From the NCBI RefSeq assembly GCF_009914755.1, contig NC_060930.1: DNA of 64,000 bases, one strand, 5' to 3'. The notes beneath the pieces were generated by a model. That model did not search any database and had not been told where the DNA came from. It saw nothing but the letters and a program-made list of their open reading frames with translations. Below are positions 12,600 to 25,320 of this stretch, piece by piece. Source of the DNA: the human T2T-CHM13v2.0 reference genome, Homo sapiens. A program made the position numbers and the translations under genes. The stretch's first letter is position 1. Each line of letters starts with the position of its first letter.

Positions 12600-13300
12600 T
12601 CCTTAACTAATCCTAACCCTAACCCTCTGTATATTCTGATCCTGGAAGCAGTTGCAGATCCCTTTATGGATGACTAGGTGGAAGATTTACTGAAGTCTCT
12701 GTCAATTGACACAGGTCTGAAGCCATAATTCAAGTCATAATAACTCAAGTCTGGCTTTTGTGCATCAGCCCTGGATTTCTTTTGGTTACACAGACTAAGA
12801 CCTCAGAAGGCTATCCATCTATTTCAGTTCTAATAATCAGTCAGCCACCACAAGAGGCCTGCTGCATATTACAGTAACCACATCTACCTGATCCTTGAGG
12901 TTAAGGATCAACATCATTGATCTCATCATTCCCGTTGAAAATAGGGACCATATTTCAATGACAGCATCTCCTTTCATTCTAGCCTCAGAGAGCAGCACTA
13001 CAGCACTTTTCTAGGCAACTGGCATTCCCCTTATCTAACGTACCTGTCTGTGTCTTGATGAAGAGTGTGTCTCCTGAGTCCTACTGGGGGACAGGATTGG
13101 AGGAGGACATAGTTATACATGATAAATCTACCCCATCTTCCTTGTCCTTAAAACACCTAAACATTTGTAGTTGTTATTTACATTAAAGCGAATAATGTCT
13201 GGTGTCTCATGTTGATTCAGCTTAAGCCACTGTTGAGTTCACTTTTGGTTTACCAGCTGAACAAGCAATTAAAATAATTTCTAGACCCTGAAACTTGAAC
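12600..13300 (-). mobile_element. Degraded ERVL/MaLR internal (gag-like) fragment
   Basis: Reverse complement ggggaatgccagttgcctagaaaagtgctgtagtgctgctctctgaggc resembles the ERVL gag region; highly diverged. Confidence 0.45.
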
Positions 13301-14120
13301 ACTAAATCCAAGATTCCTGGGAACTGTATTTACGTTCCACCCTATCTCATCAAGAATTCCCAGAAGCCATTCATACATGCTGCCTGGGCTTCATCCAATG
13401 TAAGTTAAAAAAAATGTTTCAGTCCTTTTATAACGTAAACCTTTTCCTTCTAGGTTTGTTTGTTGTTATTAGCTCTTTGGAATATGCTGCTATTTAGCTC
13501 TCACTATTTAACTGAGGATAAAGAGGGGCAGTAAAGTTAGCTCATGTGAAAACTTGGCATTCTCTTCCAGGCTAACTACCTTGAGTGAAGTCATAATAGA
13601 GGCCCTAAGCAAGGCAAGACTAGCCTCTCAAACAGAGGCTACTTTTATTAGGATAGGAAACTCAGAGGGACTCTGGGGTCTGAGATGCTCTGACTTACTG
13701 AAATCCTTTAAAATTTGGCCATCTCAAATCTCGGTGTCTCATTTTTTCCCAACCAAAGCCTTTATTTTTACATGAGACCTAACACGACGGTAACATCAAC
13801 CAACCTTATAATTCATCAACTGCGGGGTCAGACGCTGTGGCTACAAGAAGTAACAGTCTCATTTAGGGCCAATATAAAAACTTCCTAGCTGTTTTTTACT
13901 TTGTCTTTGGCTCAGAATTTAAAATCCTCAGACAATTATTTTTTTCCCTTAAAGGTCTGCAGTACAATTATTAGTATAGGTGAACTTAAAACCTCACTGT
14001 AGTTTTTTTTCGCAATTATGCTCCTGCACCAAAACTTTAGTATGATGTTTCCATTCTATTGTTCTGTATTTTTTTTTCTATTGATCCAAGTAGTTTATTT
14101 CTTTTCTGTTTCTCCCAGTC

Positions 14121-14423
<303 letters not shown>

Positions 14424-14745
14424 CTTTCTCCAGTCTTTAATTATGTTTGAATGCAGAGAAATCGATCTGGACTTAGATTTGCCAATAAATAGAGCACATG
14501 AATTCCCCCTTTGTTCTTACTCTGTATGTGGAATTTGATAAACCTAACTTCTCAGATATATAGTTAGAAAGCAGATGTAATCCATAGCTCCAACTTCACT
14601 TCCCATTGAATAGCAGTGTTTTATGTCATACAGCTCTTACCATCACTCTACCTTGTTCTCTATCATGCTGCAATGATGCTATACATTAAAAACTGCCATT
14701 TTCAACATATTCACTGCCATCAGGCCTCTTTCCTTGTTACCCATT

Positions 14746-15118
14746 GTATTTGTTCTCATGTTGATAATAAAGACATACCCAATACTGGTTAATTTATAAA
14801 GGAAAGAGATTTAATTGACTCACAGTTCCACATGGCTGGGGAGGCCTTAGAGAACTTACAATCATGGCGGAAGGGGAAGCAAACACGTTCTTTTTCACAT
14901 GGTGGCAGAAAGGAGAAGTCCTTGGCAAAAGGGGAAAAGGCCCTTATAAAACCATCAGATAGCCTGAGAACTCACTCACTATCACGAGAGGAGCAGCATG
15001 GGGGTAACTGTCCCCATGAGTCAATGACCTCCTACCATGTCCCTCCCACAATACATGGGGATTATGGGAATTATAATTCCAGATGAGATTTGAGTGGAAA
15101 CACAGCCAAACCATACCA
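14746..15118 (-). mobile_element. THE1 (THE1C-like) MaLR solo LTR
   Basis: aataaagacataccc...ttaattgactcacagttccacatggctggggaggcc...acacagccaaaccatacca. Confidence 0.9.
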
Positions 15119-15360
15119 CCCTTTTATACAAACTTTCTGTAACAACCTGTAGTTAATCACCACCCCTACTCCACCTCCAATTTCTGCCATGTTTTCTTGG
15201 ACTAAGTCACTCACTACATGAGCAAATAAAAGTAAATAAAATACTTTTTTTTTTTTACCCATGTAGTAGGAAATAAAATATTCCAGCCACTTCAAACAGA
15301 AACTCCACCAAGCTGGCCAGTTTTACAGTTAGTATAGAATATGGTTCTCTCATGCTATAG

Positions 15361-15492
15361 ACCAGCACTGTCCATATAGAATGTGAGCCACAAATGCAAG
15401 CCACATATGTAGTTTTACATTTTCTGGTAGCCACATTTAAAATGTGCTCAATAGTCACATGTGACTGGTGGCTGCAGTATTAGACTGCAGGT
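15361..15492. mobile_element. MER3-like hAT element, internally deleted
   Basis: cagcactgtcc...ttttctggtagccacatttaaaatgtgctcaatagtcacatgtgactggtggct. Confidence 0.7.
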
Positions 15493-16999
15493 CCTGACAG
15501 TCAGGGAGAGACATAAAAGTCTCCATTCCTGTGTTCATCTACCTACGGGTGACTCTTTTTGGTGGGTGAAGCATAAGTGAACTGCCAACTGTTTTTCCTA
15601 ATTCTGTGCCTTCTCCCTTATGGTTACTAAAATTTCTGCCCATCCTCTGGAAATGGGTTTGATTATCCATTTAATTTTCTGTGGTGATATTATGTGTTAT
15701 CTTTATCTGTATAGTTATAAGTGTTTTGTTGAAAATTGGGAGATGCATACCCAGACATAATTTTAAACCCTGTTAGATAAATTTTAAGCTTTTTTCCATT
15801 AGTATATCAGCAGCTGAGAAAAAATATACTCTGTATAATAAGTTCAAAGTCTAATGCATGATAAGGATTCATAGTAGCAAGAAATCTCTTCCATAACTTT
15901 TGTGTTTATAACAAATGTGTGTGTGTGGACAGGTTTCTAAGTAGTTGCTCTCATTTTTATTTTCTCTTTGTAGAGACAATGCGCAGTCATGCATCTGAAG
16001 GTTTTGCAGGAAGCTGAAAAATGTTCCCATTCTCTGCATTTGTTTACCAAACACTCTGCTTCACAGAAAACTAAACAATCGTGAAGTTTCTGTTTCAAAA
16101 AGTGGCTATTTTTCAGGAATGTGAATAGCTTAGAAAGACAAATCCTGTTTTTTTAAATGTTCAAGACTAAATAACCCTTCTTTACATTAAGTGGACAAAA
16201 TTCATCCTTGAAATTTCCATTTTATTTGAAGTTGACACCTTCCTTTTCAAGAGACAAAATCAATAATTTTTTTCAGTTATAAGAATTTCTATTAAAATGA
16301 GCAAAATCTCAAAATGCAGAGAACTTGTGATATAATTAAAATAGGAATGTCAAAACCTGAGATTCTTGCAATGTAAAAATCCATTAATTCCTAATATTGT
16401 AATTATTATAAAAAATTCAAACTATAAAATTCCAATAGTTATAGCCTTACTATGAATTAATTGAAAACTACTAACACCAACTAAACATATATTTAACATT
16501 TTAATAACTCAGTTTAGTGTTCTTTTGAAAATAGATTTAATAGATTAAACAAAGTTAGCTGAATTGACTACATTATTGGTAGCCCATACATAAATCGACA
16601 TAGATATTATACATAAAAAATACTTATTTTTTAAAGTGAAAAACCATTAGTAACATTAAAATATGGTTATATTGTATACTTGCTTCATCCAGATGTAAAG
16701 CCAAAAAAGGACCTTGATTATTTGGGGGAGGAGAAAACTTGGGAAAAACTATTTATTTTTTAAGTTTTTAATAACACTATGCTAAAACTTCATATGGGAC
16801 AGATATACAGAATATAGTCAATGTCTTCCATTAATTTAGTGATGCTTGACTTTAATTTTGTAAGCAATTAGACATGTAAACCAAAAAATAGTGTTAGCTG
16901 TAGTTTAAAATCTACTAGTAGTAGCCAACATTTATGATCCAACATAATTGTTGGATCTAGTTGTTGGCTACTAGATCCAACTACTAGTAGTTGGCTACT

Positions 17000-17170
17000 A
17001 GTAGTAGCCAACATTTGTGATCTATAGGAAGTATTCTAAATGGTTTTCATACATGTATTAATTTCTCAATAACCTTATTCCAAGCACACCTATTAGTCCC
17101 ATTTTACAGAGGAAGAAACTGAGAGTTTATGTAATAAAAGAAGTTAGGTGAACTGACACCTTCTGACACT
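17000..17170 (-). mobile_element. MIR SINE
   Basis: MIR core cccattttacagaggaagaaactgag. Confidence 0.75.
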
Positions 17171-18119
17171 GAATGAAAGCATCCTTCCTATTAAATAATA
17201 TTTAATCAGAAAATGGTTACAATAAATGATCAATAGCTAGGAATAAAGACAAAAAAGTATGTGTTCTCAAAGAGTAGATATACTAATAATTAAACGGAGG
17301 TTGTGAATTAAGCAATTACTTCTGATGAGTACAATCAGTAATAACAAACCAGGCAAATCTTATGAAAGTCTTATGAAAAGTTTGCAGGGCAGCAGCCCGC
17401 AGTTTTTCCTTTAACTTACGAAAGCCAAAAGTCAGTGGTGGGAAACATCTGGAACCAAACAAAAGACCTAATCTTTCTGTATGCAAGGGGCTTAATTTTT
17501 CATGAGAAACGATCTATTGTGAATAGAGGTAGCCTAGAAAGAACCTAAGATCTTGCCACTGGTACAAGAGTCCCTATAGTAAAGAAATGTTTAATGGCTC
17601 TTTCATTCCTTTTCTCTTTTATAAGTGTTCCTTCAGCACTTGATTTTGTTATGAATGTGGATTTGTCTATAATGTTGTTTGTTTTAAATTGCTCCAATTG
17701 TTATATACTATTCAGTTTGGACTTCTTGGAATTCTAAATATGTAAATTGCATTCCAAACAAACAGCAATACATCATTCACAGAGTAAAATCTCTACATGG
17801 AGAATGAGATTAACTCATTTTAGTGAGAGATAAGTTCATTAGGACACTTTGAAGGTTGTGGAATGTCTGGAGTTAAATGTATTTTCAAGTATTTTGAATT
17901 CAACCATTTAATTTAATTTAACTCAGTGCATATTTATTGAATAACTCCTATAAACAAGACATTCTGAGGATACATATAGTTACAAGTCACAAACATTAAG
18001 AAATTCAAGACTACAAAGTAGATGTGTCTGTTATTAAGTATAACAGAAGAAATAATGTAGTTAGTTCTCTGAACATAGAGGAGGGATAAATCAATTAGTA
18101 TTAGGGGACTGAAGGGAGT

Positions 18120-18350
18120 TCATGCTTGGAACTGCAGCAGCCATTTTGTGACTGCAAAGGAGATATTACTGGCACACTTGAGAATAGCAGAGCAGAAGAT
18201 AAGCAAGGGCCTGTGGGTCTTTGAAGACATCCTTGAGCTGCTAACCAATCCAGCCACTGCCTACCCCTGAATTTCTTGATTAGGAAGATGAAAAACTTGA
18301 TTAAGATAATGCCATTTTTAGTCCGTCATTCAGTTCTTGCAGCTGAAATC
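18120..18350 (+). mobile_element. Old MLT1 LTR fragment within L2 sequence
   Basis: ggaactgcagcagccattttgtgac...gcagagcagaagat...ttgagctgctaaccaa...ttcttgcagctgaaa. Confidence 0.6.
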
Positions 18351-21300
18351 ACCCTACCTTTGGTGTTAGGGATCTGTTGGCTGGGCTATAACAATGGGTT
18401 GAACAAAGCTTGGGGGTTGTAATAAGAATAGAAAGGTGGGACCAAATGCAAAAAGAATAGAGAGGAATCTGCAACTTCAAACATTGTGGTTTGGAGAGAA
18501 GGAAGAGACAAACACATCTAAGTTTTAAGGTCTGATTGACTGTATGCATGACTGATATCAATAGGAATATGAGAAAAGGAATAGGTTTGGGAGCAGAAAG
18601 TAATAAATATAGTTTTGATGTTGAGATACAAAACAAAAAAAGTCTCTTATTAATTTTGCTAAATACTTTTGAAATAAATCATACAGTAGTTTATGATGAA
18701 ATAAAATGGTAATATTTCCAATGGAGTTAAGTATGCCTTATTTACTCCATACTGAAGTGAAATTTATCCAAAGTTGAGTTTGACAGTGCAAAGAAAACAC
18801 TGGCTACTTCTTATTGGCTGAAAAAAGGTAGATTGAATAAACATATTAATCTCTGTTTTCTCCTGAAACTTGATTAAATTGAGAGCAAAGCATAAACAAG
18901 CATCTAAATCTACAAGGGCAAAGAGAATGGACACCCTCTCTCAGTAGGCTACTGGAGCATGTTAACCAACACAATAAGGAAATGGCTCAGGAGGACGATG
19001 TGGGGCTCTGGAATCAGGGAACTGGACACAGGAAAGGGGTGAAGGAAATTCCTAGAATGGTGATGAAGGAAACCCTAGGATGACAACAACCAGCCTAACG
19101 AGCAGCAGCCGGTACCACCTGGAACAAAAGGTGCCAAGCAGGAGAAACTTATCTGAGGAAAAAGAGATCTTTTTAAAAAGGTAGATTTATCTGTCCTCTC
19201 ATTTTCTGCTCACATGACTAGCTCTTTCTTGATCACAATCTAACTTCTGAGGAGGCTAGGAGTCTTCCCATGTACCCAGGAAGAAGAGAAGAACTAATGT
19301 GGTAAGCACCAGTAATCTTTACCAGGGTTTCCAAAGCTGAATAATCAAGTTACAGCCTTATGAGCTTAGATGGAAATATGGAGGTAGCTAGCAGGAGAAT
19401 AAGCCAGGAGTTGAAGGAGATTGGTCTGGGGCCTTGGAATCAGCAGTAGGGAAAAAAGAAACCAGAAATTTCTGTAGAATTTATTGTAATAGCCTACCAA
19501 AGTGATGTGATCTTTTAAACGCATAATGTTACAGCAGTCACCTCTGCTGAAACCTGTATTCAATAAATTCTAACTCTCCACTCAGCTGCCACTAAGTCTA
19601 GTGATTCAGCTTAAATGCTGATCTCCCCTCCCTGGGCTAAATCTTAGTAAAGTAGACTAAACAATGGAGAACACAGCTCAGGGATACAGGAAGGATTTGC
19701 TCTCTGAAAACAGCTCAGCCACAGTCTCCCTTGGTGTGGTGACAAAAAACCACTTTAAGCACTTTAAATCTCTATTCAAAACTATCACTTACCTATTTTA
19801 TCACAGTATTCTGGCCGGTGTAAATACGCCTGGAAAGCAAATCAGCACCAGTTTGAGTTGGATGATACTCTACTAAGTCATTGCTAGATTCTTGGGAATA
19901 TAAGAAAACCAAATTTTACACAATTAAATGTTAAATTACACATGAACAAAGTCTGTTTGACTTTTTAAAAGAAATAAATAACACTTGGAAAGTTGTTCTC
20001 ATCTGTGAAAGTATATTAAAAGGCTGTCAAAAAGAAAAATGGAGGATTTCAAATATAAATATTATCTACTGATACTATTTTGCCAAATAGATATTGAAAA
20101 TTATAGAGGTAGAATGCACCTGAAGAGTCAACCAGTCCAACTCTCTTGATTTATAGATCAAGAGGCCCAGGGAGGAAAAGTGACTTGTTTGAAACACAAA
20201 ACTATTTATGGAAAAGCAGGGAAGAAAACCCAGGCTACCTGTCAATCGATTGTCAATCTGCATGAAATGCTGGCTGCAATGGCCCAACCTATACGCTATT
20301 GCTGAGCTGGAGAATAGGACTCCTGACAAAAAGGGCTCACAAAGGTGGACATTTCAACCAGGCAGCAGGTGAAGTGCAGAACAAGTGCTGCGTTAATGCA
20401 CCGCATACAATGCAACTGGGACTTGTGTGTCAGGAGGAAACTTCACAGGGTTTTCAAAAGGAGTAAAGTGCTTGGGAGCTTGTTTTAAAGGGTCAGAAAG
20501 CTCCTGCCTATTTTCTGTTCCTTTCATGTGCACAGTAAAAGAACAGAAGTATTCTATTTCCGCTGTAGGTTTTTCAGTGTGAGACCAAGAAAGCTATTGA
20601 TGCGAAACTGCTCTTTGGTGACATCGTGCTTCAACAAGTCATCCCCAGTGCAACCCAGGATGATGGCCATTTGCACTTCCTTTTTAGGCATCTGACATCA
20701 GCTTCAAGAAGTCTCTCCCCATATGTAAGTTTCAAGTGTTGCCTGTAGACAGGTTTTAATAAAGGAAGTCAGCAGTTACAATGTATGTGTATACTTTACA
20801 CTCCTTTTCCAACATACCCACTTCAAGCCTAACTCTAGACCTTGGATTTCTCCCTCCCTCTGTGTCCTAAAGCATAGAAAAAAAAAAAAAAGCATTCATC
20901 TTTGTTATGTATCAGAAGGTTCGTTGCCCTTGTCTACCAGTTTCCTTTTCATTCAATAAATAATTGTGTGTTCTGATATTTGCCTTAAATTTCCTGGTTT
21001 TTGGGAATGTTTCATTGTTAAGGGTTTCCCTTCACTTCCGAGGCAAATGAGCTTACCTTAGTCCATTAAGATTGTCATTTTGTCTAAGGACCATGGGCAA
21101 AGTCTGACAGGTAGTGTTTCAGTCTTATCTCTGTCTGATCAGAAGAGGAAGTCTTGCTAGTCCCTCTTTAGTCTGAAACTGATTATTGTCCTCACAACTA
21201 CACAAAAGGAGCTGCAGTTCTTTCCACACCTGAAGGCATTTGAAGTGCAATCTGCATGGTACTTACAAACTCTGCTAAAAGGAACGGTTGACTATTTTCC

Positions 21301-23513
21301 TAATCTGCCTGTTTGCATTCATAGGCATTAAGAATGCACAGTAAACAAGCTAAAGTGCAGACGCTTTCACAGGTTTCTGTTGGACAATAACAACCACCGG
21401 TAACGAAGAGGACAAGAATCTGTTTACAAATGTGTATTTCATCAGGCAACACCTGCTCTAAAATGGCCAGAGCCTGCCATTTCCACAAATGTGGACTAAA
21501 ATGAACATACCTGAAAAAAAGATTTTTCACCTTCTAATATAAAATATTCTGTCTTCATTTCAAAGGTGTAATGTATAGTATACAATAAGGTGGTAATAAT
21601 CTTAAAGTGACCGATGGTTAGAGAAATTGGTTAACGGACTTCTATTGGATTTATAAAAGGGAAAGAGTTTTGCCTCTCTCTGATGCTTAGTTGGTGTTTC
21701 CACTTGAAATTTGAGATGAATTAGAGTTGAATGAATTTCCCTTCAGCACTATGATTTTATTATTGTACACATTTCTGTTTTAGATATGTTTAAATATAAA
21801 CATTAAATATAAACATAGTTCTGTTTAAATATAAAAATTTGTGGAATCCTTAATTAGAATCTCAGTAGATAAAGCCTGAGAATCAATGTTTATATCATGC
21901 TGCACAGGTGACTGTGATTCATAGCTTCTGAACACTCCAACATTCATCACTGGTTTTGTGCCACACCCTTGATGGTTTGAGATGGTTAAGTGCTTGAAAG
22001 AAAGATGTTCTGCTATTCACTGAACATATATTGGAAGCTTTTAGAGTCCAGGTAAATTTTTTAAAAGTTGAAATTTTGTAATGGAAACAAATTAGCCTGA
22101 ATTATATCTTTGTTATAGAAGCAGTTACAGAATGGACCAAACATTTTCTAAGGAATATTTCTTTAGGGATTTCCTCAAATATTTAAGCAAACATTCCAAA
22201 GTTATGTACCAGAAAGCATATAACAATTTACCTTGGCCTGGAAAACCTTTATGGCTATGGTAACCAATCATGTAACTCCAATATAAAAAGCTTTGATAAG
22301 GTTCCTATAAACAGCTTAAATTTTGTGTAGGAATATGCTTAAAAGATGAAATAGCATGTTGAATAAAGTTGTTTAGAATTGTCATACAAATACTAAATTA
22401 TATCTTCTTAAAACAATTATTTAGATTTTATAGTTTTTACATTAAAATCTTACTTCTAAAATAAATTAATAAAAGAAATAATCTATCATGTTCAGTTTCC
22501 TCTTCAGGGCTCTTTATAATATTGTCACACTGACAGGTTAGAGGAAGATTTATATCTCTGGTGTGTTAATGGCTGGAGGACTTTTATTCAATACTTCTCA
22601 TTGACTTATTCATAAGTTCAACAAAAATGTGTTGTGAACCTTCTATGTGCCAAACTGTTAAATGTTCTGGGATTGCAGTAAGTAAATACAACCAATATCA
22701 CCTGTGCTTCCCTTAGTGCGCTGGAAGAATTGAATATATCTGACTTGGATTTTCAGATTCTAGGATCAAAGGTTGTTTTCTCAAAAGTTTATTTATATTA
22801 ATTTCTTACAAACATATTACAAAAAAGGCTTTGAAGGAGTCTTAAAATAATGAAATCTATTAAACTCAATCTATATATGGCTCCTCTCTGAGGAGGTGGT
22901 GTCTCACAATAAATGAACAAATTTTGCAGAAAAATGTAAATTGTTCTAAGTAATCTTGCTAATTAGGTAAAACAAGACACAGAAATTAACAAGAACAAAA
23001 GAATTGTGTATAGACCCTACCTGTTTCTCACGTAGGATGCTAGATTTATTGATTCAGACGTGCATTTTTTAGAAGTAAGATGCTTTAGGAATTTATGGAT
23101 TATTTAGATTAAGTGTACCTAATAGAATTAGCAAATCTAATTAACAAACATTCAGAGTCTACAATCATCAGGTGACTATCATAAAGCTTTATCAGTGGAA
23201 ACAACTTGATAAGTTGGAATAGAAATATTTTAAAAGTGTTTTCATTTATTCAATGGATATTTATTCACCTTCCACTATAAGCCATGTAATATACTTAGGT
23301 AATAGGAATATAAAAATAAAGAGAGTCCTTCCCTCAAGGACTTTACAGACTAGTAATGTCCCTAATAGAAGAAGATTTCATTTATCTATTTATCTATTCC
23401 TACATACATGTTTTAATAAAGTGCTATGAAAGAAATATGTACTGAGTATAAAGAAGTCCAAAGTGGGTGACAATATGGGTATGTAGCCTCACAGAAGTTA
23501 CCAGTTACCCTTG

Positions 23514-23594
23514 CGTGCATGTACCCTAGAACTTAAAGTATAATAATAAAAAAAAAAGAACAGGGGGCTCTGTTAAAAAAAAAAAAAAAAAAAA
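23514..23594 (+). mobile_element. Ultra-short young L1PA 3' tip with two A tracts
   Basis: gcatgtaccctagaacttaaagtataataataaaaaaaaaa is the L1PA 3' terminus; followed by 17 nt of other sequence and A20. Confidence 0.8.
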
Positions 23595-23899
23595 CCAAGT
23601 AGTACATGTTTAACAATCAAGCTAACATGGAACTGAGGTTCTCAGCAGAGAAGAGGTGTGAGAAGCATGTTTGGGCAATGAAAACTAGTAAGTTTTTCTG
23701 GAAGGTAAGATTTAAATGGGATCATTAGGAATGATGGATCTGGAGGAGGTGCCAACATACAAGAAGGGGAGGAAGAGACAAGTGCCCAATAAGCTGAGCC
23801 TCTTTGTCTATTGAGACCATCATTGAAATCAAAAGCAGTGCAGATGGAGAGTCTGAGAAGAAAAGCATAAAGGAACTTCCAGGAGGCTGAAAACCTGAA

Positions 23900-25320
23900 C
23901 AGATCTACTGTCAATATCATAATGCTGGAGATATAAAAATTGGACTTCATAAACTATCAGGGAAGGGGAGCCTTGGTAAACATCCAGAGCTTTCAGCTGG
24001 GAACCCAAAAGGACTACTCAGTAACAGCAAATTAAAAATACAGACAAGGCCTTACAAGACTGGAAGGTAGTCTTAAATTGGCTCAATTCCTGATTAAAGT
24101 AATATATACCTAAATTAAATGCCTGTGATTAATCAAACAAAATCCTTCATGGAAGAAAATAATAACAGTTAGAGATCTGGATTTTTTTATAAACAATGTC
24201 TGAATTTTAATAAAAAATTACCAAGCAAACCAAGAGACAACAAGGAGTGAAGAAAAAGAAAACAATAGAAGCTGGTTCACAGGGAATCCAGGTATTAGAA
24301 AATTTTATATCTATGATTACTATGGTCAAGAAAATAGATGGCAAGAGTGATAACTTCATCAAAGAACTTCTGTCTACAAGAAAGCATCAAATGGAAATTC
24401 TAAACTGAATAAAACCAAAATTGAATTAAGAAGACAAAAGGTGGATAAGACAGCAGATTGGTCACAGTTGCAGAGTATTCATTATCTAGAAAGCAGATTA
24501 ATGGAAAATATCTAGAATAAAAAATAGAAAAAAACAGAAAAGATCATAGGAGACATATGAAAACTGGCAATATCATAGTCTGGCAGTTTGTTTCTATTGT
24601 CTTTTTTTTCTCTTCCTACTGTCTCTTGGTTTGCCTTATAATTTTCTATTAAAACCAAGAAATTGTATATGAAAAATTCCAGAATCTCTGAAAGGTATTA
24701 TTTTCCTTCATGAAGGATTTTGTTTGATTAAAGGTAAGTAGTTAATGTAGGTATACATTATCTGAATCTAATGAGGGATTGAGCCAATACAAGACTGCCT
24801 TCCAGTCTCTTACATAATGAAAAGGAACAACATGAATATAATTGGAGCCCCAGAAAAGAAGGAGGTAGAAAAGAGTACAGAAACAAAACTGAAGAAAGAT
24901 ATCAAATAAAATATTCAAGAAAACTTACAAACTCAATATGAAAAGTACAAAAAAATCCCATCTAGGCACTTTATAATAGAACTTCTGAAAAATTAAACAC
25001 AAGAGAAAAGTTTTAAAAGCAGTCAGAGAAAACTACATATTACCTCAAAAACAACAATTAACATTTCTCATAAAGCAATAGAAATCAGAAGAAAAGAAAT
25101 GACATACTCCAACTGCTATAAGAAAACATCTGCCACCATAAAGTAAAGCTCTTTAGAAAATGCAGGTTAGATAAAGACATTTCAGGCAAATAAAAATTGA
25201 GAGCATTTGTCACCAACAGAGACTCTCTAAAAGAAAACTAAAAGGAGTTTTTCAGTTAAAGGGAAATGATCTCTGACTGAAGATTAAAAATGCATAAAAG
25301 AATAAAGTATGCAAGTAGAC
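23900..25320 (+). mobile_element. Old L1M (L1ME-like) 5'UTR/ORF1 region
   Basis: A-rich ORF1-type sequence: atcaaatggaaattcta, aattggagccccagaaaagaagg, aaaagcagtcagagaaaa, aattgagagcatttgtcaccaacaga. Confidence 0.65.

Noticed and set aside
21300-21530. Cys-rich 76-aa minus-strand ORF
   Set aside because: Non-ATG start and no recognisable family. The length is within chance expectation.
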